NCBI RefSeq assembly: GCF_964355755.1
Contig: NC_092673.1
Span: 22,317,648 to 22,381,647, forward strand
Reading direction: 5' to 3'
From: Antedon mediterranea
Taxonomy: Eukaryota > Animalia > Echinodermata
DNA length: 64,000 bases
The notes under the pieces: model-generated
Told to the model about the DNA's origin: nothing
Databases searched by the model: none
The model's input: only the letters and a program-made list of their open reading frames with translations
Shown here: positions 11,912 through 24,300 of the stretch, piece by piece
How the letters are laid out: every line of letters starts with the position of its first letter
Numbering within the stretch: position 1 is the stretch's first letter
Translations under genes and position numbers: made by a program

Positions 11912-12607
11912 ATGTCAATTAGTGGACTGTCCAAACTAAATGTCGTGGGTAAAAAAGGGAAAGAAGGTATTAAAACGAGAAATTCGCCAAGATGCCAGTT
12001 GTGTTTCAATCACGGAATAAATAGTTTGTCTCGAGGACACAAACGGGAATGTATATACGCAATGTGTGCATGTCCAAAATGTACCTTAACTAATGAAAGG
12101 AGATGGGTGATGCGTATGCACATGCGGCAACAGCGGCGAATTCGAGAAGATGATTCATGCCAAACATCACTATTTCCTATGGCTATGCCACTGCCGACAA
12201 GTTATCAATCTGCTGCATATAGCAATTCAGAATTGTTACAAGGATGCCAAGGTCTTGCCACATACCCGCCACCTAGTCAAGGAGGCATACAACAGCCTAT
12301 ACCTCTTTCACCGACAAGTTATCACTCTGGTCCAGCAGGTGTATGTAGTTCAGGATCATCAATGGAGGAGGAGAAAGGAGGAAGTATGTTCCCGACCCCA
12401 TACCCACCACCACCAACACTCTGCTGTCAAGCAGGTCTACAACAACAGCAGCAACCTCTGTTACCACCGCAGCAATATCATTATCAACAACATTTCCATA
12501 ACACTACTTCTTCACATGGAGGTGGGTTTGCTTGGCCTACTAGAGCAATAGGCCTCAAATTATATCAGTCTATTTGTATGATTGTGAAAATATGTTATTA
12601 CTTTTAA
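11912..12607 (+). CDS. DM-domain (doublesex/mab-3 related, Dmrt-family) transcription factor, divergent; Pro/Gln/Ser-rich C-terminus
   Basis: GCCATG start at 11912. SPRCQLCFNHG..SRGHKREC....CACPKCTLTNERRWVM retains all 6 Cys and 2 His zinc ligands of the DM domain. Alternative spliced ending 11912-12521 + 12788-12813; AATAAA at ~13112. Confidence 0.88.
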   Translation: MSISGLSKLNVVGKKGKEGIKTRNSPRCQLCFNHGINSLSRGHKRECIYAMCACPKCTLTNERRWVMRMHMRQQRRIREDDSCQTSLFPMAMPLPTSYQSAAYSNSELLQGCQGLATYPPPSQGGIQQPIPLSPTSYHSGPAGVCSSGSSMEEEKGGSMFPTPYPPPPTLCCQAGLQQQQQPLLPPQQYHYQQHFHNTTSSHGGGFAWPTRAIGLKLYQSICMIVKICYYF

Positions 12608-15337
12608 TATTATTGTTATTACTAGGCTAATTTACTATTATTAGAATGCTTGGGTTGGTGGATATTTATTGTTCATGTATTCATTGTTTATATTTTGATC
12701 TTTCTCCATTTTTACCTTCTATCGTAAATAATAAATATGCCTAGCCTGGGCTTGATTTTATTAGTGATGCATTTTTTCTCTTTTCAGATTGGTTAATATA
12801 CCCATATGAATGATTAGAGAGTACGAAACAAATGAATATTTTCACTGGAATGCAGTGTCGTATAGCTTTATCATTTTAAATTGCATGCTGTTTTTTGGAC
12901 AAATCATTTTATAATAATTACTTTTGTATGGTATCTCCGGTATAGTACCTAAAATTATACACAATGGACCCGGACATCTTTTAACTGTGTCGTACCTGTT
13001 GTTTTTTGATGTATGTAATTTGGCTATTAATCTGTTTATTTTTACGCTTTTAAATATATTAAAGATTTTTAAAACATGATTATGTGAAATGTTTATTATT
13101 GATATTATTAAAATAAACTTTTATGAAAAATAGAGTTGGACATCATTTGACCGTGTTTTGTTCAGAAGTGTTTCATCATCCCATTGAATCCCAATAATGA
13201 ACCAGACCCAATGAACTAGGGTCTAACTAATGATCTCAATGGCCTAACCAAAATAAAAACTGCACAACAGTGAGTGACCGTGAAGTTTTATTAGGCCTAC
13301 AGTATGTCCAACAATCTTGAATGGTCACTGGTCCATATATTCTCCGTTATTAATTGGGCTAATTTGTTGTCGCACTTTTGCGTTGTTCACACCAAGTATA
13401 CTGTAGTAGTGTTAAATAATGGAACCATTTACATAAACCCATCTTCCATGCGTGGTGCGAAACGGTCATGCGATTGTTTGGCCAGTGGGTCAGGGATTTG
13501 TGAGAATAGCTTCTAAACATCAATATAAAAACTATATTATGATTTGGAAATGACTAAAATTAACACAAACTTCCATAAAAATGTTTTATACTTTATTGTT
13601 GGTATTTCTGTTTAAAAATACTGATATTTTGGTTACAAATCAAGTTAGGTCGAAATACAAAATATTGGTTTATAATATGGACCATGTAAGGTGTGGTGTA
13701 GATGATAGTAACAATACTTCTACGGTAGACGGTTTACAACAGTACTGGATTATCACAATGTTTTCTTTTCTGTTAAATGTTACATTAAACAATGTTTTAG
13801 CACCTTAAAATTTAATAAAACATGAGTTGGTTCATATAAATCTATGGTCAATGAAATTGATAATCTACAGCAAGATAATTTGGAAAGAAATTGAATTAAA
13901 AGTCTGGTTTGGTTCAGTTTAAAATCATATTCATTCTAATAAGTAATTGGCATGTTCCATGAAAACTTACTAACCTACTACTACAGTTTTATTATCATCA
14001 ATACGCTTCATCATTTGACATTAGCACGTTCTATTACATATTACCCCTAATTGAGGTTATACAACTGTACTTAACATATTGTTAATTGAACATTTTTTTA
14101 TACATAGCCATACATGATTACTTTCTGACATTACCTACCCAAAATGCAATGCGGCGGTCAAACGTTCAAGATAATAATGCCCGTATAATAACCATTATTT
14201 TGCGTTGCATCTAAAAGTTGATAGCTGGTTGACAGCAATAACTGGCTAAATGGCGTTGTAACCCTTAATCGTTAGGTGTTTATAATCATTATTTTCACAC
14301 TGCCATTTAACCGGTTATTGAAAATTTTACCTGTTCCTGCTGCTGTTATTAATCGGTTATTTTTTGTACAGCAGATACAGAACCTTTGTAAAAACATGGA
14401 GTAACAATTTCCAACCCGTTCATGGAAAGTTAATATAAAAAAACCATAGAAAATTTCAGTAAAAAAATATACTGTATAATCTTTTCCTGGAATAATTTTA
14501 ACAAATAATTATTTTGCATATAATATTCTTTTTAATCTTATAGAAAGCTGGTAAAATTTGCACTGAACATGTAATATTGTTAAATTTAATTACAATATAT
14601 AACAAAAATTAAATATTCTGTTAAAAAGTATATATTTATTTAATTATTTACAATATTTACCAGGTTAATAAAATAATAAAAAAACAGACTTCATTGGGCT
14701 CTTTGAATTGTGAGTTTTGAATTGTGATCTGATCTGCCATGCAACTACGCAGCTGTTGAGTCACACACACACAGCTGCGTAGGCGGGTGAGGCATCTTAA
14801 AAGGGCGCTAATGATGCATCTAATACACCTTGCTTTGTTCACCAACATATTCTGTTGTGTATCAAAGATACTGGAAATTGGTTAGCTTATTATTACCATA
14901 TTTATTTGAATAAATGCCCCACCGCCTTGAATAGACAGCCAGCATAGAACATAGTTTTTGTGCATACATACAATATATTGCATTATAATCCACTTGTACT
15001 GTTTTACTGTATTTTATCACGTTTAATTGTGTTGCATTTTTTCATATCCAGGAAGAATTTATTTGGTTATACATGTTAAATAAATGAATGCCTCCCTCGA
15101 ATATAGGCCTCTGACAAAATATTGCTAAACCTCGCCCCCAACTACTCTCCCAAAACAATAAATGTATTGGGTCATTTATTCAAATAAATTATAAATTGGG
15201 ATACTCTCCTCATTTATGTTTATAATCAATAAAGTTATTTGAAACTACTTGATGTAGAGCATCTGAAAGCATTGTTTGAAAGATTTGTTTGCTTACTTGT
15301 TCATGTTTGTTTGTTGTTTGTTTGTTTGCTTACTTGT

Positions 15338-18300
15338 TCATGTTTTAAGATTTCTCATATTAAGTGAATAAGATGAATTTAAACATGGCTCATTACTTTC
15401 AGAATGACCTCTTTGTAAATACACGTCCTCATCGTCTTCTTCATCATCTTCTTCGTTTTCCCATCGAACACAACGACCGCTGGGAAAAAAGTGAACATAA
15501 ATTTATTTGAGTAGCTACTTAATATTGCATAACCTGTTAAAATTTGTAATAACAATGGTAGATTTTTATAACAACTGATCTGTCTGAATTTCGCACATTG
15601 TAATACTGTACCATGTATTACTTCAGTGTAACTCCGTCTTGCGTAGCTCACATTACGAATTGCAACAGATTATTACCAAAGATTAATACAAAGTGCAACA
15701 TAACATAAAGTGTGCATCTTTATGATTCAAGAGCACTAAATATAGAATAAATAATAAATATTTTGTTTACTTCTTTTTTGACTTTGACTTGTATAAAGGA
15801 ACCTCTTCTTCATCATCCATCATTCCTTCCAGATCTTTGATATCGTCTTCCGTCAGAGGTGCCACTGAAATATCTCGTACAGCTCTGAACTCACCACAGT
15901 TATTCAGATGTTCATTTTCAAGACGATAAAAGTTCCAGACAAAGCGTCTAAGTAGGTTATGTGAGGAGAATGCAACGATATAAAATTTTATAATGCAATT
16001 TGAAATTTAACATATTTTTATTCAATGCATAAGTTGACATGTCAGTGCATAGGTTGACATGTCAGTGCATAGGTTGACATGTCAATGCATAGGTTGACAT
16101 GTCAATGCATAGGTTGACATGTCAATGCATAGGTTGACATGTCAATGCATAGGTTGACACGTCAATGCATAGGTTGACACGTCAATGCATAGGTTGACAC
16201 GTCAATGCATAGGTTGACACGTCAATGCATAGGTTGACACGTCAATGCATAGGTTGACACGTCAATGCATAGGTTGACACGTCAATGCATAGGTTTGACA
16301 CGTCAATGCATAGGTTTGACACGTCAATGCATAGGTTGACACGTCAATGCATAGGTTGACACGTCAATGCATATGTTGACACGTCAATGCATATGTTGAC
16401 ACGTCAATGCATATGTTGACACGTCAATGCATAGGTTGACACGTCAATGCATGGGTTGACACGTCAATGCATAGGTTGACACGTCAATGCATAGGTTGAC
16501 ACGTCAATGCATAGGTTGAAATGTCAATGCATAGGTTGACATGTCAATGCATAGGTTGACATGTCAATGCATAGGTTGAAATGTCAATGCATAGGTTGAC
16601 ATGTCAATGCATAGGTTGACAATGTCAATGCATAGGTTGACATGTCAATGCATAGGTTGACAATGTCAATGCATAGGTTTACATGTCAATGCATAGGTTT
16701 ACATGTCAATGCATAGGTTGACACATCAATGCATAGGTTGAAATTTCAATGCAAGGTTGAACTTATTTTTATTCAGAAGATTCTATTGGTTTTAATTTTC
16801 ACTATCATCATTTTAAATTAACTAGATAAGAATGACATTATTAAAATTGTTGCCATCCATCATGACCAAAACAAGTTTGGAAATAATTGTATTCTTGCAT
16901 GATGTGATTTGATTTTGTTAAGATCAGAGTATGAATCAGATGTTAACCTTTTTTCTATAACAAGCTTCTCTCTTAATGATCATGTGACCTTTTCACAGCA
17001 GGGACTGTGTGGAGTACACCATTGTAACAACCTACTTTAAAATTGTCAGTAAATTTAGATTCTCCACAATAATTTCATTCATAGACAAAATGTAATGTAT
17101 TTCAGAAGAAAAACTATAATAAATATTTTCAAAAAATTAATTCATTTTTTGTAAGAGAACCCTCAAAGTGAGGTATTTCGACATCTCAAATATTACCTAC
17201 CTGAACACCTCTAATATTGCCAACACTGTAATTAATATGTCACCATAAGGCTGCAAAGATCCCTTGATTGACATTGTTAATGCTAATGTCCATGCAAACC
17301 TCAGTATAAAATCCTCAAACATAGCAAAATAATAGGTCTGAAAAAACAATAGTTTGTTGTTAATTAGTTGTGCGCTTGCAGGGAAGTTTTCTCACTCTAT
17401 TTGGTGGTTTAGTCTAGATCTAGGTTTTATTGGTCTAGCAACCAACGGCATGTCAATGCATAGGTTGACATGTCAATGCATAGGTTAACATGTTAATGCA
17501 TAGCTTGACATGTCAATCCATAGGTTGGCATGTCAATGCATAGATTGACATGTGAAATAAAAACGAACGAATGAACTAACGAACATCACTCTATTTGGTG
17601 GTTTAGTCTAGATCTAGGTTTTATTGGTCTAGCAACCAACGGCATGTCAATGCATAGGTTGACATGTCAATGCATAGGTTGACATGTCAATGCATAGGTT
17701 GACATGTCAATGCATAGGTTGACATTTCAATGCATAAGTTGACATGTCAATGCATAGGTTGACATGTCAATGCATAGGTTGACATGTCAATGCATAGGTT
17801 GAAATGTCAATGTATAGGTTGACATGTCAATGCATAGGTTGACATGTCAATGCATATGTTGACATGTCAATGCATATGTTGACATGTCAATGCATAGGGG
17901 GACATGTCAATGCATAGGTTGAAATGTCAATGTATAGGTTGACATGTCAATGCATAGGTTGACATGTCAATGCATATGTTGACATGTCAATGCATATGTT
18001 GACATGTCAATGCATATGTTGACACGTCAATGCATAGGTTGACATGTCAATGCATATGTTGACATGTCAATGCATATGTTGACATGTCAATGCATATGTT
18101 GACACGTCAGGCTTCTATTTATACTTTGGCAAAGTAGACTTAATGTGGTTGCCACAAACTTACCACAGGAGAATAAACAATCTCTTCCCGAAGCAACTTG
18201 TTTTCTTTACTCTTGAAACTGAACAAACCCCAGTCCATTTTGATATCCCATGAAAGAGTGTAACAAGAACTAAATACAGCACTAATCACCCATAAATAGA

Positions 18301-21300
18301 ACAAAGGGTTACGATAAAAAGTGTGATCATCTGAAGAAAAAAAACATTTAGATTTACAAATGTAAAATGTAGATATTTGTACATTAACGTATGTAAAAGT
18401 GAACAAAGTGTGTAATTGTGCTTCTCTAATGTAAACAAAAAATAATAAAGTCAAAATACTGAATACAATAACAACATAGTAACAAATGTTAAACTTACTT
18501 ACCATTAGTTAATTTAAAAACAGAGGAGAAAATAACAACCAAAAATGTTGAGGAGTATTTGCCAGCATTTACTAGATGAGGAAAAACTAATTTGGTGTCA
18601 TGGTAACGACGTAAACACTGAGCAAATCTAAACCACGCAGGTAAACAAGCAACAATAGCACGAGCAGCATAGCCATATGTACCACATGTAATGGAACCTA
18701 ATGAAAAATAATACAAAATTAGTACATAAAATGGTTTTGAGGAAAAAAATAAGATAGATAATAGCATATCTGGAATAAGTTCTAATTAATATTACTTTGT
18801 TAATCAAATGTTGGCTTAAACCTTAAAAGCCATTTCAACTCTATAATTGTTTCGAACAATGTGAACAAAATTTGAGAATGATACCCAACCCAACCCTTTA
18901 CATTACTTTTATTTCCTAAATTTAGCACCGATAGATTATTCAATAGAATATTACTAATGTTTTACCAAAATATTAGTATAGAACACATAAAATTATCCAC
19001 TTTATTATAATTTGATGGTTCGCTACTATAAGTGATATGATACCCACTCTTATGGCAGATCACCTAATACTGTATTGATATTAAGAATACAACTAGAACC
19101 CCTCCTATGGGACACTCTCTGTGAAATGAACCAAGGCAAATGTAAGTTACTACATACAACTCTTTAGTTTGTTTGGTCCCAAATGTGTCTTCTTAATAGG
19201 GGTTGTAATGTATGTGGTCTCAAAGGTGTCTTCTTAATAGGGTTGTAATGTATTAGGATTGAGATTTAAACAATAATGGAATAAATAAGAAATAACATAG
19301 CCAAATAACAATAAATCAAGGGGAAAAGGAAGAAGGCAGGATCCCAGAAAGATACAGGATCTTGGGTCGGGTCCTGTATGTGGTCTTAAAGGTGTCTTCT
19401 TAATAGGGTTGTAATATATGTGGTCTTAAAGGTGTCTTCCTAATAGGGTTGTAATATATGTGGTCCTAAAGTGTCTTCTTAGTAGGGTTGTAATATATGT
19501 GGTCTTAAAGGTGTCTTCCTAATAGGGTTGTAATATATGTGGTCTTAAAGGTGTCTTCTTAATAGGGGTTGTAATATATGTGGTCCTAAAGTGTCTTCTT
19601 AATAGGGTTGTAATATATGTGGTCTTAAATGTGTCTTCTTATAGGGTTGCAATGTACTGTATGTGGTCTCAAAGCTGTCTTCTTAATAGGGGTTGTAATG
19701 TATGTGGTCTCAAATGTGTCTTCTTAATAGGGGTTGTAATGTATGTGGTCCTAAAGTGTCTTCTTAATAGGGTTGTAATATATGTGGTCTTAAAGGTGTC
19801 TTCTTATAGGGTTGCAATGTACTGTATGTGGTCTCAAAGCTGTCTTCTTAATAGGGGTTGTAATGTATGTGGTCTCAAAGCTGTCTTCTTAATAGGGGTT
19901 GTAATATATGTGGTCCTAAAGTGTCTTCTTAATAGGGTTGTAATATATGTGGTCTTAAAGGTGTCTTCTTATAGGGTTGCAATGTACTGTATGTGGTCTC
20001 AAAGCTGTCTTCTTAATAGGGGTTGTAATGTATGTGGTCTCAAAGCTGTCTTCTTAATAGGGGTTGTAATGTATGTGGTCTCAAATGTGTCTTCTTAATA
20101 GGGATTGTAATGTATGTGGTCCCAAAGTTGTCTTCTTAATAGGGGATGTAATGTATGTGGTCTTGAAGGTGTGTCTTCTTAATAGGGGTTGGAATGTATG
20201 TGGTCTTGAAGGTGTGTCTTCTTAATAGGGGTTGTAATGTATGTCCTACTTACATGAACCTGTTATCCAATCAACTTCACAAACATAGTAACATATCAGA
20301 AACTCTAGATCCAACAGCACTGTAACCAAACTATTTAACTGATCAGCCAGCCAGAAATCAGCAAAACCAACTGGGTAATATGGAGCTAGAATAATACGTA
20401 ACTAGAAACAAACAAAAATAGAAATCATAACAGAGAAGCAAACATTTTATGATTGGATCTATATCAGGATTGTGTCAGAGTTATTCTTATAATATATATA
20501 TTCTTATTATGGTTCCACCTCATTTTAAAAAAAAACAGACACAAGACACATGGTCCATGGCAAAAATAATAGTTTTTTAAATAATACACCAAACATTAAA
20601 GGTGCTATACAAACGTTTACTAATAATACTAATTTAATAATTACTACCACAATGTGCACAGTTTAAGAGTGCTTTTGGGGTGGATATATAACAAGCAATC
20701 ACATCAAATAAATTATACTAATCAAACGCACATGTTAAATACCCTATTGGACGAGTATGCTCATGTCAACATGTTAAAATCTGTTTTATTAATATTTGTC
20801 ATTTTATTCAATCATATTTATAGAGGGTGGACCCTAAAACAGCGTACGCTGAAAATCAAGAGGCCCTGTCTGTGCGTGACAGTTGATGTGTATATAATAG
20901 TACACTGGGGGACCCCCTACTTGTTTCGAAAGATGTACTGGGTTATTTAAAGTGCACATGAGCTAGATGTGTACATTGGACCTACGGTACGATAATCATT
21001 ATCCGATCCGGGAAGACTGGTTCTACCACCAGAACCATGGAGCGAGTAAGACTCGAACCCTTGCCGATGTTGTGGCTAGGTATTATGGTTCCACTTGGCC
21101 ACTCACTCGCTTAATTTCTTAATGCTTTAAATTTACAGTATAATAAAAACACAATACATCTACGGTATGAAATGCAGTACTTACTAAAACTCTAAGAAGC
21201 CAAATTCTGGCCTTGAAGTAGAGTATTGGAAATGGATTAATAAGAAACACGGCAAGGAACGTGACAAGTATCAGAGGGTTAACGTAAGGAGGTATCACAG

Positions 21301-24300
21301 TGTATGTACAGTACATAAAACTGATAATACTTATTCCCCAAAGAACTGCAAAAAACATTGCAATCTGAAAACAAAACAAAAAATCTATTAACAATATAAT
21401 TTTCATTAATAAAACGCATAAAGACTCATATTTTAAATGTTTTTACTTAATGAATACTGTACTGATGTTTCACAATAAAGAGAATGGCAGCCACAAAGTG
21501 TTGCACATACTCAACTGTACTATGAGCATCGGAAGACAAACCTCTATTTTTTTAATAGTAAATTTCACACAAATAGCAATGAGAGTAGAGAATTTTGCCC
21601 TTGGAAGAAACACGATACAGTACTATTACAATAAGAGCATACGGCCATACTGCGTTGAAACCCGGCTGCGTTCTGGATGGGAGGCCGTCTAGAAATCGCG
21701 GCGGCTGCTGTATATACTGGAGAGTGATGGTGTAATGGTAATATTGGACTAGCATGTAATAGGCATGAGTTTGATGTTATCTGTACCATATTAATTGCAT
21801 CCTTAGGCAAGATGTTTTACTCTCATTGCCTCATCCTTCGGATGGGATGTAATGCCGTTAGTCCCGTGTACTTAACAGTGCACGTTAAAGAACTTGGTAC
21901 ACAATTCGAAAAGAGTAGGGGATCGTCTCCCGGTGTGCTGATCTGGTAGGCGCTGCACTGTTGGCTGCTGTGGGTCCGTGGAGGGCCTAATCCGAATTTC
22001 CTCAGTTTCCAGTTTAAGCTTGAGGACAAATATAAATACCTTTACCTTTAAAGCCAAAATCATACCAAGAGGTACTTGCTATTATAGAGTACAAATCAAA
22101 TACTGCATTACAAATTTGTTACTGTATTTTAATTCAACTATTTATACTATAGAGAATAAAACAAAATTTTACTGGAATTTCCATTTAATATTTTTAAATA
22201 ACTTACTTCTAATAATTGTTCGTGAGTAAGATTACTTCGTGGATCCAACTCAAATATAAGTACATGATTGACACCAGCCTTACGCCAACCATACGTATTC
22301 ATAGCAAGTAGAAAAATGATAAATATGATAAGAAACACACCACGATACATCTTCAGAGCGGGAGTAATGTCTACATTAATCGGTAATGTTATTGCTGTGA
22401 AAGAAAGCAAAAAAAACATCGTCATCAATACAAAGAAATATGCATGAGCTACTAGGCTTAATACAAATAATAAATGTTTTCAGTGGAATGGAAAGAATAT
22501 TGTTGAAAAATTCAACAAGGAAAATAAAGTAGTCTATAAAATCAACAAATATTTCTCCTTTCCATGAAAACAAAACCTACAACTATTTAAAAGTAAAATT
22601 TTAGTCAATTAAATCAAATACTCTTTCAAAAAAATAAAAGTAATCTGTACACTAATTATGTTTTAGTTTATGTTGTTGTTATTGGTATATTGCATTCATT
22701 GTAGTTACAGTAAGCGGGTAAACTACATCTTATTTTATAGTATAATTTGATTAATCTAGAACCCTATAATTTGGATACCACTAAGCCAATATAAATGGTG
22801 TAAAACTGTTTCTAATTAAGCACTTACCAACTAAAACGATAACAATACATAGCACTAAGAAAATTCCAGAGAAAAAGCCAACTCTCATTGTACTCCAGTT
22901 CATTTTCTAAATAAATAATAAACAAGATATCACAATTTACATGTGTAAGCTGTAAAACCCCATTATAATATGTAAAATTGTTTAAGTATCAATGGTAAAT
23001 CAAGGTATGTGTAAGGCCTTCAGCGGTGCACATCAATTTTTTAAACAAGAACTTAAATTGTTGAAAGGGAAGAAAATAATACTATATATGGCATGTGATA
23101 ATTAAGAATTAAGGTTTTCTAAAGGTACAGACTTAAAAATCGAGGTTCACTGTACACATCTGGTGGCTTGAGTGCATTTTACCCAATGTATCTTTTACAG
23201 AATGAGCTCCATCTGGTAACAGCCGACACAAAGGGACCTTTTGGGGAGATGAAAGTTGTTGTCAAAACCTGTGAACAATTCAACCCCATAGGCTGAAGGT
23301 CACATGCTATTCTCACAATTCAACCCCGTAGGCTGTAGGTCACAGTCTATTCTCACAATTCAACTCCATAGGCTGTAGGTCACAGGCTATTCTCACAATT
23401 CAACCCCATAGGCTGTAGGTCACATGCTATTCTCCTAACTTTATTTTAATTCTTAAAAATAAGAAAAAAGAGTATACCGGAGCTTTAAGAGGCGGCACTC
23501 TGAGCTTATTCATAGCTTTCTGTCTATTTCCACCTTCAAGTTCATTGATATATAGGGTCTAAAAAATAACAAAAATATTTTTAGGTACGTACAGTTGTGT
23601 TAAAAAGTTTCCAAGTTTATTGTTTCACACAATACAAGATAAAGAACATTTGATAAATTAATAAATATAATTGTGTTAGGAGAACCCATTAAGCCAAGGC
23701 TTTAAATTTGGTCCTCCAAATAAATAAATAAATATGATTATTTGATTTAAGTGAGAGAAAAAAAACAAACTTCTTTCTTTCATTGACAAATTAAACAATA
23801 AAGGCATAATTAATTGTTCTACTGTACTAATGTTCTAAATAGTTTGAAATAAGTATTTGTTTGAATTTTGTTTTATAATATTATTATCAACAATTAAAAA
23901 ATCATACCTCTGTCTCAAGAATCAGTTTATCAATTTGTTTGGATGTATAGAAAGGAGATTTTTCAACTTCTTCCACTCTGAATGTTAGCCCTCGTTCCGT
24001 CATTAACATTTTATCATGTTTCTTTAGAATTTTTCGAAATCCTGTAAAGTTAAGACTCTGTGGGGAAAAACAGACTGACTGCAATTTAAATAGAACATTG
24101 CAAAAATAATAATAATACGATTAATCGGGAAACCACCTCACGACGTTAGAGCTTTACAGCACTGAAGACTCTCACAAGATATAAGATTTAAAAACTCAGA
24201 AAAGCTTGGAAAGTTAAGATATGTACACAGTATTTATCATTCTCTTTATTTAGGTATATAAAACAAAGTCAAAGTCTTTGAAAGTAGAGTTGTTGATGAA

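Noticed and set aside
12150-12551. Overlapping 133-aa ORF (similarly 37699-38226 and 38211-38489 over SMG7)
   Set aside because: Alternate-frame shadows of real coding exons.
16022-16762. Array of p53 half-sites (GACATGTC core)
   Set aside because: TGACATGTCA mismatches RRRCWWGYYY at both ends and the half-sites are 10 bp apart; no supporting evidence.
16022-18109. CRISPR-like regular palindromic repeats
   Set aside because: Units are contiguous with no unique spacers, there are no cas genes, and the context is a eukaryotic intron.
19580-20098. 172-aa Cys/Val-rich ORF
   Set aside because: Translation of the 165-bp higher-order satellite repeat.
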